This document shows, piece by piece, positions 8,700 to 19,671 of a DNA stretch of 64,000 nt (position 1 is the first letter of the stretch; every line of letters starts with the position of its first letter). Source of the stretch: Alphaproteobacteria bacterium (GTDB taxonomy: Bacteria > Pseudomonadota > Alphaproteobacteria > UBA7887). The notes beneath the pieces were generated by a model. The model saw nothing but the letters and a program-made list of their open reading frames with translations. It was not told where the DNA came from and searched no databases. Both the position numbers and the translations under genes were made by a program. The DNA lies in assembly GCA_965216755.1 (NCBI GenBank), contig CBDCGL010000011.1:3936001-4000000 (forward strand), in the 5' to 3' direction.

Positions 8700-10969
8700 T
8701 GGCACAATCAACCGGCGTCACCGGACCGCGGCGCTTGTTGACGCGGTTGCGCGCAGTCATGCGTGAACCACGCTCGGGTCAGGACAAGCTCAATCAAGTC
8801 GTGCGGCTGATCGCCGCCGACATGGTCGCTGAGGTTTGCTCTTGTTATCTGACCCGCGCCGGCGAGGTGCTGGAGCTGTTCGCGACCGAAGGCCTAAAGC
8901 CCGAAGCCGTCCATCGCACACGGCTCGGCTACGGCGAGGGTCTGGTGGGGACTATCGCCGTAACCGCTCAGCCACTGACGTTGTCCGACGCGCAGTCACA
9001 TCCCGCATTTGCCTATCGTCCGGAGACTGGCGAAGAGATCTATCAGTCACTGATGGGCGTGCCAATTTCTCACGGCGGCAAGGTCATAGGTGTCCTGGTC
9101 GTGCAGAACAAGACCCGCCGCCACTATGACGAGGAGGAAGTTGAGGCACTGGAGATCGTCGCCATGGTGCTGGCGGAACTCGCCGCCGGCGGCGAGCTGG
9201 TCAACCCGCACGAACTCAGCGGGCCAGAGGGGGCGGTCACCCGCACACAGATGTTGGACGGCATGCCCCTGGTCGGCGGCTTGGGCATGGGCACGGTTGT
9301 CATTCACCGTCCCAGCGTGCACATCATCGATGTGGTCGCGGAAGACCCGGGTCGGGAACGCGCGCGCTTGTTTCAGGCGGCCCAGCGGATGCAAGCCGAC
9401 GTCGATCGCAAACTTGACGCGCCCGACATGGTCGGCAGCGGGGCGCATCGCGACGTCCTTGAGACCTACCGCATGTTTGCGCGCGACAGCGGCTGGCTGG
9501 CACGAATCACCGAGGCGATTGCCTCTGGCCTGACCGCTGAGGCCGCCGTCAGTCACGTCCAGGCCGATATGCGGGCGCGCATGTCCAAAGTACCCAGCGC
9601 GCTGTTCCGCGAGCGTCTCCACGACCTGGACGATTTGGCGAATCGTTTGCTGCATTATCTTTCTGGTACCAATGAGCAGCGCGTGCCGGTACCGCAGGAA
9701 GGCGAGTTTATCGTCGTCGCCCGATCGATGGGGCCGGCCGAATTCCTCGACTATGATCGTGACCGCTTGCGCGGTCTGATATTGGAAGAAGGCTCGCCGA
9801 CCATGCATGTCACGATTATGGCGCGGGCATTTTCCGTGCCGGTGGTCGGTCGTGTTCGCGACGCCCTGCAACGAATCAGCGCTGACGAAACCGCCATTGT
9901 CGACGGTGTCCGTGGCGAGGTCGTGGTGCAACCGGGCGACGACCTGATTGATCACTATCGCGAAGAGACGGTTGCCCGCGCGGCCCGTCGCGCGACTTAC
10001 GAACGCCTGCGCGACAGCCCGGCGCGCACGCTGGACGGCACCGACATATCGCTGAATATCAATGTTGGTCTGGAAGTCGATGTCGATCATTTGGACGCCA
10101 CCGGCGCTGAGGGTGTCGGTCTGTTTCGCACCGAGATCCCATTCATGATCTCGGCGCGTTTTCCCGACGTGCCGTCGCAGACCGAGCTCTATCGACGCAT
10201 TCTGACCAAGGCCGACAACCGCCCGGTGGTATTCCGCACGCTCGATATCGGTGGCGACAAGCGCCTGCCTTATTTACCGCAAATGGAGGAAGATAATCCC
10301 GCCTTGGGTTGGCGTGCGATCCGGATCGGCTTGGATCGGCCACAGATTCTGCGCAATCAACTCCGCGCATTGATACGGGCGGCGGGCGACGGCGCGTTGC
10401 GGGTGATGTTCCCGATGGTCTCGGACGTGAGCGAGTTGGTGGCGGCGCGGGCCATGCTGGATCACGCACTGGACCAGGCGCGGGCCGGTGGTGAACCGGT
10501 GCCCGCGGCGGTCCATGTCGGCGTGATGCTGGAGGTGCCGGCGCTTCTGTGGCAGTTGGACGACCTGCTGCCACAAATCGCATTCCTGTCGGTTGGGACC
10601 AACGATCTGATGCAATTCTTGTACGCCAGCGATCGCGGTAACCCGCGCATGGCTGGCCGCTATGACATTTTGTCGCCGGCAATGCTGGCCTTGGTCGAAG
10701 GCCTTGTTGCACAGTGCGCCCGTCACCAAGTGGAATTGGCGGTGTGTGGCGAAGCGGCCGGTGAAACGGTCCAGGCGCTGGGGTTGATCGGCGTCGGTGT
10801 GCGTCGTCTGTCCATGCCGCCGTCACGCATCGGCGCGGTCAAGTTGATGATCCGGAGCCTGCGATTAGGCGAGCTTGAGGCCTATTTGGCGGTGATTCGG
10901 CGATGGCAAGTTGCCAGCTTACGCGTGCCGTTGGGCAACTTCGCACGCGATCATGGCATTAGCATCTAG
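8699..10969 (+). CDS. ptsP: PEP-protein phosphotransferase EI-Ntr (GAF + EI)
   Basis: N-terminal GAF (AEVCSCYL), EGSPTMH phospho-His, GVGLFRTE, FRTLDIGGDK, SVGTNDL. Confidence 0.95.
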   Translation: MAQSTGVTGPRRLLTRLRAVMREPRSGQDKLNQVVRLIAADMVAEVCSCYLTRAGEVLELFATEGLKPEAVHRTRLGYGEGLVGTIAVTAQPLTLSDAQSHPAFAYRPETGEEIYQSLMGVPISHGGKVIGVLVVQNKTRRHYDEEEVEALEIVAMVLAELAAGGELVNPHELSGPEGAVTRTQMLDGMPLVGGLGMGTVVIHRPSVHIIDVVAEDPGRERARLFQAAQRMQADVDRKLDAPDMVGSGAHRDVLETYRMFARDSGWLARITEAIASGLTAEAAVSHVQADMRARMSKVPSALFRERLHDLDDLANRLLHYLSGTNEQRVPVPQEGEFIVVARSMGPAEFLDYDRDRLRGLILEEGSPTMHVTIMARAFSVPVVGRVRDALQRISADETAIVDGVRGEVVVQPGDDLIDHYREETVARAARRATYERLRDSPARTLDGTDISLNINVGLEVDVDHLDATGAEGVGLFRTEIPFMISARFPDVPSQTELYRRILTKADNRPVVFRTLDIGGDKRLPYLPQMEEDNPALGWRAIRIGLDRPQILRNQLRALIRAAGDGALRVMFPMVSDVSELVAARAMLDHALDQARAGGEPVPAAVHVGVMLEVPALLWQLDDLLPQIAFLSVGTNDLMQFLYASDRGNPRMAGRYDILSPAMLALVEGLVAQCARHQVELAVCGEAAGETVQALGLIGVGVRRLSMPPSRIGAVKLMIRSLRLGELEAYLAVIRRWQVASLRVPLGNFARDHGISI

Positions 10970-11148
10970 ATGGGCTGCGTCTGTGACCTATTTAGAATTA
11001 TGGTTTAGTGTGGAATCGGCGTGGTTCGATGTGTCAGGCAACATTTGATCAGCTCTGAAACGTGATGCCTGTCACGCAAACCATGTCCTTTCCTGGTCGT
11101 GGCGCAATGCTGTGACGGATCTCGTCGAGATCCCGTGGAAATTCAGGT

Positions 11149-12393
11149 ATGGCACAGGCGGAAGAATTTCAAATCTATGATTTGAACGAGCATCGAAAAG
11201 AGCGATACCAGGGTATCGGCGATGAACTCCGCGGCGCGCGTCTGAACAAGGGCGTGTCGTTGGATTCAATGGCCGAGACCCTGCGAATCAAACTCAGCCA
11301 TTTGGAAGCTATCGAAGCCGGCCGCTTTGAGGATTTGCCCGGGCCGGCCTATGTCGCTGGCTTCTTGCGTGCCTATACCGGCCATGTCGGGCTGGACGGC
11401 GACACTGTCGTGGAACGCTATCGGGCGGAACAAGGCGGAGAGCGGGACGATCAGGACCTGCACTTCCCCGAACCGCCAAGCGAGTCGTGGATGCCGAAAA
11501 CCATCTTGGTTCTGGCATCGGTAATGATCGCGGCGGCAGCGTTCGGCGGCTGGTATTATCTGGGTGATGATCGACAGGTTGTCGTCGATCAAGTGACCGA
11601 GGTTCCGGAAGAGATCCTCGCCGCCGCCGAACCGGGACCGGTGTCGTCGCCGCCCCGGGCGCAAACGGCTGCGCTCCGCAGCGCGCCGACCAAACCCTCG
11701 GTCGCGGAACAGCGTTTGCCCACTTTTGCCGTACAGACACGCACGGCGGCCCTGGATGCCGCGCTGGCGGCGCCGCGACTCGCGCCCGCCAAGCCACGCT
11801 TTCCAGAACCGGTCGACGCTAGCCCGCTGGCGGCGAATGCCGCTTCGACGACGGTTTCGGGCAATCGCGCGGCGACGCTTGCCAACCCCATCGGTACGGG
11901 TTTGCGTGCCACCACCGCGCCTGCACCGACGGCACCAGCACGTTTGGAATCGGCCTGGTTGAACGGCACGTCGACGTCGGCGCCGCGCTTGCCAACGGAC
12001 GCGGCCGGACCGGTGGACCGCGTCGAACCGCGATCTGAGTTTGCCGCCCTATCCGCGCCACCACGTGCGCCCGTGGCCCAGAGTGGGTCCCAAAAACCGC
12101 GAATTTATGGGCAAGAAAATGCTGGTGCGCGCGTGGTCGTGCACGCCCGCCAGGACAGTTGGGTCCAGGTCCAAAGCGACAGCAACGAATTGCTTCTGAC
12201 CCGCATTATGCGCGCCGGCGACCGTTACTTGGTCCCCAATCGTCGCGATTTGACCTTGGTCACCGGCAATGCCGGCGGCATCGAAGTGATCGTTGATGGT
12301 CGCGTCTTACCTGCCCTGGGCCCGACCGGCGCGGTGCGCCGCGATGTCCGTCTGTCGCCCGACGCGCTGCGCGCGCTGGTCGACAGCAATTAG
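11149..12393 (+). CDS. rodZ: RodZ family protein (HTH, TM, DUF4115)
   Basis: N-terminal HTH (LEAIEAG..LPG.AY..GFLRAY), single TM, C-terminal SWVQV/GNAGG; upstream of ispG. Confidence 0.88.
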   Translation: MAQAEEFQIYDLNEHRKERYQGIGDELRGARLNKGVSLDSMAETLRIKLSHLEAIEAGRFEDLPGPAYVAGFLRAYTGHVGLDGDTVVERYRAEQGGERDDQDLHFPEPPSESWMPKTILVLASVMIAAAAFGGWYYLGDDRQVVVDQVTEVPEEILAAAEPGPVSSPPRAQTAALRSAPTKPSVAEQRLPTFAVQTRTAALDAALAAPRLAPAKPRFPEPVDASPLAANAASTTVSGNRAATLANPIGTGLRATTAPAPTAPARLESAWLNGTSTSAPRLPTDAAGPVDRVEPRSEFAALSAPPRAPVAQSGSQKPRIYGQENAGARVVVHARQDSWVQVQSDSNELLLTRIMRAGDRYLVPNRRDLTLVTGNAGGIEVIVDGRVLPALGPTGAVRRDVRLSPDALRALVDSN

Positions 12394-12622
12394 CCGCAAC
12401 CTGGGCCGGCGGTCGCCGAGAGCGGCGACCATTTCTGGGACAGGTGGCGAACAAGATCGCCGGGTGATGGACCGGCCGAACGCCCGCCATGGCGGACACA
12501 GGGTGTTAAATTCGCGGAAAAATCGCGTCGCCGCGTAGAGCGGCGTTTTTCTTGTATCCGCCGATCCCCTATAGTGCGGCTCGGCTATCCGCAGCTCCTG
12601 GGTCAACAAAAGAGGCGCAAGA

Positions 12623-13732
12623 ATGAGTGTGCGTCCTTATCGCGATATCCATCGGCGTGCGTGCCGGCAAATCCATGTCGGCAGCGTCGCGGTCGGCGGC
12701 GATGCGCCCATATCGGTGCAATCGATGACCAACACGCTGACCACCGATGTCGCCGCCACCGTCGCACAGATCCATGCTTTGGAGGCGGCCGGCGCGGACA
12801 TCGTGCGCGTGTCGTGTCCGGATGCGGAATCATCGGCGGCGCTCAAAGACATTATCCGGCAGGTGTCGGTGCCGATCGTCGCTGACATTCATTTCCATTA
12901 TAAGCGCGCGATTGAGGCGGCCGAGGCCGGCGCGGCATGTCTGCGGATCAACCCCGGCAATATCGGTTCCGCGGCGCGCGTGCGCGAAGTGATCCAGGCC
13001 GCCAAGGATCATGGCTGTTCGATGCGTATTGGGGTCAATGCGGGATCGCTGGAGCGCCATCTCCTGGAGAAATATGGCGAACCCTGTCCGGAAGCCTTGG
13101 TTGAGAGTGCCCTCGACCACGCCCGCATCCTGGAGGACAACGGTTTTGAACAGTTCAAGATCAGCGTCAAAGCGTCCGACGTGTTCTTGGCGGCGGCCGC
13201 GTATCAAGGCCTGGCGGAGGCGTGTGACTACCCATTGCACATTGGCATTACCGAAGCCGGTGGGCTGCTGACCGGCACGGTCAAGTCGGCGATTGGCCTC
13301 GGCAATCTCTTGTGGATGGGCATTGGTGATACGTTACGTGTGTCGCTCTCGGCGGACCCGGTTGAGGAGGTGCGGGTTGGTTTCGAGCTTCTCAAAGCGC
13401 TCAACTTGCGTCATCGGGGCGTCAATATCATATCTTGTCCGTCATGCGCGCGGCAGCAGTTCCCGGTCGTCGAAACGGTGGCCATATTGGAAAAGCGGCT
13501 GGCGCACATTACGACGCCGCTGACGCTCTCGGTCATCGGTTGTGTGGTCAACGGACCCGGCGAGGCGCGAGAGACCGATATCGGCCTGACTGGCGGCGGC
13601 CGTGGCACGCATCAGGTTTATCTCGGCGGCGTGACCGATCATCGCATTCACGATGATGGCTTGGTGGATCACATCGTTGCCTTGGTCGAACAAAAAGCTG
13701 CTGAGATGGACGTGAACCAAGCCGCTGAATAG
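12623..13732 (+). CDS. ispG: HMBPP synthase
   Basis: [45 protein letters not shown]. Confidence 0.97.
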   Translation: MSVRPYRDIHRRACRQIHVGSVAVGGDAPISVQSMTNTLTTDVAATVAQIHALEAAGADIVRVSCPDAESSAALKDIIRQVSVPIVADIHFHYKRAIEAAEAGAACLRINPGNIGSAARVREVIQAAKDHGCSMRIGVNAGSLERHLLEKYGEPCPEALVESALDHARILEDNGFEQFKISVKASDVFLAAAAYQGLAEACDYPLHIGITEAGGLLTGTVKSAIGLGNLLWMGIGDTLRVSLSADPVEEVRVGFELLKALNLRHRGVNIISCPSCARQQFPVVETVAILEKRLAHITTPLTLSVIGCVVNGPGEARETDIGLTGGGRGTHQVYLGGVTDHRIHDDGLVDHIVALVEQKAAEMDVNQAAE

Positions 13733-13792
13733 CGCGCTAAACAAGCGCCACTGGCCGACAGCGCCGAACCGCGACCAGACGAGAACCGCATC

Positions 13793-14872
13793 ATGAGTCT
13801 AGAAGCACAACTCGAGAAGATCGTCGCGCGTCATCGCGACTTGAGCCGCGAAATGGCGTCGGAATCGCTTTCCAGCGACGATCGCGTGCGGTTGGCCAAG
13901 GAATATGCGGATTTGTCGCCGGTGGTGGACCGAATCGACGAATTGGCTCGGTTGAAAGACGAAGCGCACGACTTGGCTGAATTGATTACCGATCCCGACA
14001 GTGATGCCGAAATGCGGACACTGGCGGAAGAAGAGCTGGCTGATTTGCGCGAACGTGTACCCGTGCTTGAACACGAACTCCAAATCGCCTTGCTGCCCCG
14101 TGATCAGGCCGACGAGCGTAACGTGATTCTAGAGGTGCGTGCCGGAACCGGTGGCGACGAGGCGGCATTGTTCGGGGCCGATTTGTTCCGCATGTATCAG
14201 CGCTTTGCTGAGGCCCAAAAGTGGCGGTTTGAGGTCATGCACATGTCGGAAACTGGCATCGGTGGCCTGAAGGAAGCGACCGCCTCGATTACTGGACATG
14301 GCGCATTTGCCCGGCTGAAGTTCGAATCCGGCGTGCACCGGGTGCAACGTGTCCCGAAAACCGAGGCATCGGGCCGGATTCATACCTCGGCGGCGACCGT
14401 TGCGGTGTTACCGGAGGCTGAGGCTGTCGACGTGCAGGTCGATGACAAAGATCTGCGGGTCGACGTTTTCCGCGCCAGCGGGCCCGGTGGGCAGTCTGTC
14501 AACACAACCGATAGCGCGGTACGTATCACGCATATCCCGACGGGCATTGTGGTCAGCCAGCAAGATGAGAAATCGCAGCATAAGAACAAAGCCAAGGCGA
14601 TGAAAATTCTGCGCGCCCGGCTATTCGAAAAAGAGCGCGCTGAACAGGCTGCGGCACGGGCTGCCGATCGGAAATCGCAAGTCGGCAGCGGTGATCGTTC
14701 GGAACGCATTCGAACCTATAATTTTCCACAGGGTCGAATTACCGATCACCGCATCAATTACAGCGCTTATGATATGTCGGCCATGTTGGACGGGGCCTTG
14801 CTGGGTGAGTTTGCTGACGCATTGACCGCCGAAGACCAAGCGCGGCGCCTCGCTGACATGAGCGCGCAATAA
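13793..14872 (+). CDS. prfA: Peptide chain release factor 1
   Basis: GGQ motif, PxT (VPKTE), [18 protein letters not shown]. Confidence 0.97.
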   Translation: MSLEAQLEKIVARHRDLSREMASESLSSDDRVRLAKEYADLSPVVDRIDELARLKDEAHDLAELITDPDSDAEMRTLAEEELADLRERVPVLEHELQIALLPRDQADERNVILEVRAGTGGDEAALFGADLFRMYQRFAEAQKWRFEVMHMSETGIGGLKEATASITGHGAFARLKFESGVHRVQRVPKTEASGRIHTSAATVAVLPEAEAVDVQVDDKDLRVDVFRASGPGGQSVNTTDSAVRITHIPTGIVVSQQDEKSQHKNKAKAMKILRARLFEKERAEQAAARAADRKSQVGSGDRSERIRTYNFPQGRITDHRINYSAYDMSAMLDGALLGEFADALTAEDQARRLADMSAQ

Positions 14873-14896
14873 CGCGGCGCGGGGCGCGCGACGTAT

Positions 14897-15796
14897 ATGT
14901 CTGGTCAGAGTCTGGCGCCCATGCCCGTCGGTTCGACCGTGGCCGAGGCGATAACGTGGGCATACCATCAGTTGCACTGCAAAGGTGTACCGGGGGCCAG
15001 GCGTGACGCGCGCTTGTTGGTTGCGACGACCCTCGGCTTGTCACGCGAAGAGACAATGCGTGATGGCGCGCGAAGGATCAGTCGCGAACAAAGCCGCCAC
15101 GTTTGCCGCGTGATTGCGCGCCGCGCCGCTCGCGAACCGGTGGCCCTGATATTGGGCGAACGCGAGTTTTGGAGTTTGCCGTTCGCGATTGGCCGTGCAA
15201 CCCTGATCCCGCGCCCCGAAACGGAAACGCTGATCGAAGCGGTCTTGGCGCTACGGCCAGATCGCCAAATGCCTCTACGGATTGCTGATTTCGGTACCGG
15301 ATCCGGCTGTCTGCTATTGGCCTTGTTGCGCGAATATCACCATGCCGTAGGGGTTGGCATCGACGTGCAAAAAGCCGCGCTTGATCTCGCGCATGACAAC
15401 GCGATTGCGTTGGGTGTGGCCGACCGGGCGGATTTTGTTGTGGCGGATTGGGGGGACGGTTTGGCCGCCCGCTTCGACGTGATTGTCGCCAACCCGCCCT
15501 ATATTCCGACAATGGCGATCGAACAGCTGGCACCGGAAGTGGCACAATATGAATCGCGTGCGGCGCTCGACGGTGGTGCCGACGGTCTTGTTGCCTATCG
15601 TCGGTTGGCGCCGGCCGTATACGGCATGCTAAGGCCAACTGGCGTGGCTGTGTTCGAGGTTGGCGCCGGCCAAGCCGACGCCGTGACGCGCATCTTTGAA
15701 ACCCACGGTCTCGCGGCCGGCCACCGCAAGCAGGATCTGGCAGGCATTGATCGCTGCGTTGTGTTTGGCCACACAAGTCCCGGAATACTTTCGTGA
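14897..15796 (+). CDS. prmC: Release factor glutamine methyltransferase
   Basis: LIPRPETE, DFGTGSG, NPPY; follows prfA. Confidence 0.95.
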   Translation: MSGQSLAPMPVGSTVAEAITWAYHQLHCKGVPGARRDARLLVATTLGLSREETMRDGARRISREQSRHVCRVIARRAAREPVALILGEREFWSLPFAIGRATLIPRPETETLIEAVLALRPDRQMPLRIADFGTGSGCLLLALLREYHHAVGVGIDVQKAALDLAHDNAIALGVADRADFVVADWGDGLAARFDVIVANPPYIPTMAIEQLAPEVAQYESRAALDGGADGLVAYRRLAPAVYGMLRPTGVAVFEVGAGQADAVTRIFETHGLAAGHRKQDLAGIDRCVVFGHTSPGILS

Positions 15797-16016
15797 TGTG
15801 ATAAAAGGCTTGGAAGTTCGGCCTATAGGGGCTAGGTTCTGAAGGAAGCTAGCCGCGGGCCACAGATGAAGAGACGGCGAATAATGGTGCGGTGCCGATG
15901 CTTTCTCGGTGATTTGGCAGATTGAGTTGCCACGAGAAAGTCTGGTTAGTTCAGATCGACCGTGGTCGCCGTCGACCGGTCGCGAACACACAACCCAGGA
16001 TGGTACGACGAAGGGC

Positions 16017-16583
16017 ATGAAGCACGGTCCCAGCTCGAAGCGCCAACGCGGGCGAACGAATGGCAGAAGGCCTCACTTTGGACATGGCCAGACGTTCGAG
16101 AGCAATGGTCCGGATGTCAAAATTCGGGGCAATGCCAGTCAAGTTCTCGAAAAATATCAATCATTAGCTCGGGACGCTGTGGCGTCGGGCGACCGCATCG
16201 CGGCGGAGAGCTATCTTCAGCATGCGGAGCACTATTACCGAATTTTGAATGCCAACGTGCCGAGCGCTGGCCAGGGTGAGGTGGCTGGAACGGGGCGTCA
16301 GCCTGGCGCAGGCCAAAACGGGCCGCGTGCAGCTCAGGACGGGCGTGGTCCAGAGCAGAACGATGGCGTGCGCGCGGCGAATGAGCGCGGTGACAAAGCA
16401 GAGCGCGGTGACAAGGCCGAGCGCGGTGACAAAGCCGAGCGCGGGGAACGGTCGGATCGCACTAGAAAGGCCGAGCGCGGCAGTGGTGCTGAGCGGGTCG
16501 AGAAAGGCGACAAAGTCGCCAGCGCCGAGAAGCGCGACAAACAAGACAAGCAAAAAGCGGATACCGAACCGGCCGCGATGTAA
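16017..16583 (+). CDS. DUF4167 family protein
   Basis: ESNGPDVKIRG, EKY..LARDA..SGDRI.AE.YLQHAEHYYR; sits between prmC and clpB. Confidence 0.9.
   Translation: MKHGPSSKRQRGRTNGRRPHFGHGQTFESNGPDVKIRGNASQVLEKYQSLARDAVASGDRIAAESYLQHAEHYYRILNANVPSAGQGEVAGTGRQPGAGQNGPRAAQDGRGPEQNDGVRAANERGDKAERGDKAERGDKAERGERSDRTRKAERGSGAERVEKGDKVASAEKRDKQDKQKADTEPAAM
16383..16445 (+). repeat. 18-bp coding tandem repeat (AERGDK), about 3.5 copies
   Basis: gagcgcggtgacaa(a/g)gc(a/c) repeated. Confidence 0.9.
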
Positions 16584-16894
16584 TCGATCGGCCGAACGGT
16601 AGAGTCTACCGCCGGGCGGCCAAATTGCGCGCGCGGCGGTTGCGACCTGGCGATCGCGGTTGATGCCGTGGCGTGCGCAGACTATGCTTGGAAAACGGTA
16701 GTTTTTTTGCCTTCAAGAGCATTTTTGGGGCTGGCGAATCAGGCCCAAAAAGCCCACATTTAGCTTCTGATCGTGAATTCGCGGGTGTGACCGGGCCTAA
16801 TGAGGACGGTGCGCACATGGTCTGTTGGCCGAATGCGGGCTGGCAATCGTGTGGATCCGCGCGATCTGGTCGTTTTTTGTTGGAAAGGCCAAAA

Positions 16895-19492
16895 ATGAAC
16901 TTCGATCGCTTTACTGACCGCAGCCGCGGTCTGGTCCAGTCCGCTCAAGGGCGGGCCATATCTGCCGGACATCAGAGATTCACGCCCGAGCATCTGCTTA
17001 AAGAACTGCTCGAAGACCCGGATGGTTTGGCCGCCAATTTAATGCGCGCCGCCGGGGCCCGTCCCGAGGACGCTCTCGGCGCGGTTGATGCGGCGTTGGC
17101 CAAGTTGCCCAAGGTCGAAGGCAGTGGGGCCGGCCAACTTTATCTGGCGCCAGAGACCGCACGGCTGTTCGAATCTGTCGAGACCCTGGCAAAGGAGGCC
17201 GGGGATGATTTCGTCACTGCCGAGCGGTTGTTGTTGGCGCTTTCGTTGGCCAAGGGTGCGACAGCGGCACAGATTTTGGCCGATGCCGGATTGACAGCGC
17301 AGGCGCTCAACAATGCCATCAATGAGGTGCGCAAGGGGCGCACCGCGGATTCTGCCAGCGCCGAAGACAGCTACGAGGCACTGAAACGCTATGCGCGCGA
17401 CATCACCCAGGATGCGCGCGACGGCAAGCTTGATCCGGTTATTGGCCGCGACGAAGAAATTCGGCGCACGATCCAGGTTTTGTCACGGCGAACCAAGAAC
17501 AATCCGGTCATTATCGGCGAACCCGGTGTTGGCAAGACAGCCATTGTCGAAGGGCTGGCAACACGCATCGTCAATGGGGACGTGCCCGAATCGTTGCGCG
17601 ACAAACGATTGTTGGCGCTCGATTTGGGCGCGATGATTGCTGGAGCAAAGTTCCGCGGTGAATTCGAAGAGCGATTGAAAGCCGTGCTCGCGGAGGTGAC
17701 CGGGGCTGGCGGCGAAATCGTTCTGTTCATCGATGAATTGCACACCTTGGTGGGCGCGGGCGCCGCCGAGGGCGCGATGGACGCATCGAATCTGCTGAAG
17801 CCAGCATTGGCGCGCGGTGAGCTGCACTGTGTCGGCGCCACCACGCTCGATGAATACCGCAAGCATATCGAAAAAGACGCCGCCTTGGCGCGGCGCTTTC
17901 AATCCATCTTTATTGGCGAGCCGACGGTGGAGGACTCGATCTCGATTTTGCGCGGCATTAAGGAGAAGTACGAGCTCCATCACGGTGTCGAGATTTTGGA
18001 TGCGGCGCTGGTTGCCGCCGCAACATTGTCGGCACGTTATATTTCAGATCGTTTTCTGCCCGATAAAGCCATCGATTTGGTCGACGAGGCGGCAAGCCGC
18101 AAGCGCATGGCTGTGGACAGCAAGCCGGAAGAGCTCGATGAACTCGATCGTCGCGTCATCCAACTGAAGATCGAGCGCGAGGCGTTGCGCAAGGAAAGCG
18201 ATGAGGCGTCGAAAACGCGGCTGGAGAAGCTCGAAGCCGATCTGGCCGAGCTTGAGGCCAGCGCCAATGCCCTGAGTGCCAAGTGGCAGGCGGAAAAGGA
18301 ACTGCTGCACGGCGCGCAGAACGTAAAAGAAAACTTGGAAGCGGCGCGAATCGAACTCGATCAAGCCAAGCGCGCCGGTGATTTTGAACGCGCCGGCGAA
18401 TTGGCCCACGGCATCATTCCGAGCCTCGAGGCACATTTGTCGGTTGCCTCGAATGATGACGGCGGCGCGACCATCATGGTCAGCGAAAAGGTTACGGCGG
18501 ACGATATCGCCAGCGTCGTCTCTCGATGGACCGGGATTCCGGTCGAAAAAATGCTGGAAGGTGAGCGCGACAAGCTTTTACACATGGAAGCCAGCCTGTC
18601 CCAACGTGTGGTCGGCCAGGATGACGCCATCCAGGCGGTGTCGGAAGCTGTGCGGCGCGCGCGCGCCGGGTTGCAAGATCCCAATCGGCCGATTGGCTCG
18701 TTCATGTTTTTGGGGCCGACCGGGGTTGGTAAGACGGAATTGACCAAGGCCCTGGCGGCGTTTCTGTTTGACGACGAGACGGCGCTGCTGCGCGTTGACA
18801 TGTCGGAATATATGGAAAAGCACTCCGTCGCGCGGCTGATCGGCGCGCCGCCCGGCTATGTCGGCTATGAAGAAGGCGGTGCCTTGACCGAGGCTGTGCG
18901 GCGGCGGCCTTATCAGGTTGTGTTGTTCGATGAAATCGAGAAGGCACATGCCGACGTTTTCAACGTCTTGCTGCAAGTGCTGGACGACGGGCGGCTGACT
19001 GATGGCCATGGCCGCACGGTCGATTTCCGCAACACATTGATCATCATGACCTCGAATTTGGGTGGCGACATATTGGCGGAACTGTCCGCCGACATAGACA
19101 CGACCGAGGCCCAGGACCAGGTCATGGCGGTTGTCCGTGGTCATTTCCGGCCGGAGTTTCTGAATCGAGTCGACGAGATCGTGCTGTTCCATCGCCTCAG
19201 CCGCGCGCATATGAGCGGCATCGTGGATATCCAGATCAAGCGGCTTGGGGCTTTGCTGCAAGACCGGAATATCGAGATATCGCTCGATGCGGGTGCGGTG
19301 CGATGGCTGGCGGATGCCGGCTATGATCCGGTCTATGGCGCCCGCCCGCTAAAGCGGGTGATTCAGCGGGAATTGCAGAACCCGCTTGCCAAGGCGCTAT
19401 TGGAGGGTGAGATTAGCGATGGCGCCCGCGTGGCCGTCACCGTCGGCGAGACCGGTTTGATTGTGCAGGAACAAGCGCGCGCGGCCGCCTAG
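16895..19492 (+). CDS. clpB: Chaperone ClpB
   Basis: Two AAA modules ([16 protein letters not shown]), coiled-coil M domain, GARPLKR; start at MNFDRFT. Confidence 0.97.
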   Translation: MNFDRFTDRSRGLVQSAQGRAISAGHQRFTPEHLLKELLEDPDGLAANLMRAAGARPEDALGAVDAALAKLPKVEGSGAGQLYLAPETARLFESVETLAKEAGDDFVTAERLLLALSLAKGATAAQILADAGLTAQALNNAINEVRKGRTADSASAEDSYEALKRYARDITQDARDGKLDPVIGRDEEIRRTIQVLSRRTKNNPVIIGEPGVGKTAIVEGLATRIVNGDVPESLRDKRLLALDLGAMIAGAKFRGEFEERLKAVLAEVTGAGGEIVLFIDELHTLVGAGAAEGAMDASNLLKPALARGELHCVGATTLDEYRKHIEKDAALARRFQSIFIGEPTVEDSISILRGIKEKYELHHGVEILDAALVAAATLSARYISDRFLPDKAIDLVDEAASRKRMAVDSKPEELDELDRRVIQLKIEREALRKESDEASKTRLEKLEADLAELEASANALSAKWQAEKELLHGAQNVKENLEAARIELDQAKRAGDFERAGELAHGIIPSLEAHLSVASNDDGGATIMVSEKVTADDIASVVSRWTGIPVEKMLEGERDKLLHMEASLSQRVVGQDDAIQAVSEAVRRARAGLQDPNRPIGSFMFLGPTGVGKTELTKALAAFLFDDETALLRVDMSEYMEKHSVARLIGAPPGYVGYEEGGALTEAVRRRPYQVVLFDEIEKAHADVFNVLLQVLDDGRLTDGHGRTVDFRNTLIIMTSNLGGDILAELSADIDTTEAQDQVMAVVRGHFRPEFLNRVDEIVLFHRLSRAHMSGIVDIQIKRLGALLQDRNIEISLDAGAVRWLADAGYDPVYGARPLKRVIQRELQNPLAKALLEGEISDGARVAVTVGETGLIVQEQARAAA

Positions 19493-19671
19493 AGCACTTT
19501 CCGACCATATTGAACCATTCTGCCGGAGCGATTTTGTGACAAGATCAAGTCGATGTCCGCATGGCGTATCGGGCATACGGCTAAGGATATCGCCGTCGAG
19601 TTTGTCACAAAAGCGCCCGGCCACAAGCGATCACGAGCGGCGGTTGTGGCTGCTTGTGCCCGATAGGTGTG

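Noticed and set aside
16673-16894. 74-aa N-terminal extension of ClpB, and similar extensions of the oxoprolinase, monooxygenase and DASS ORFs
   Set aside because: Longest-ORF artefacts; family similarity begins at downstream starts
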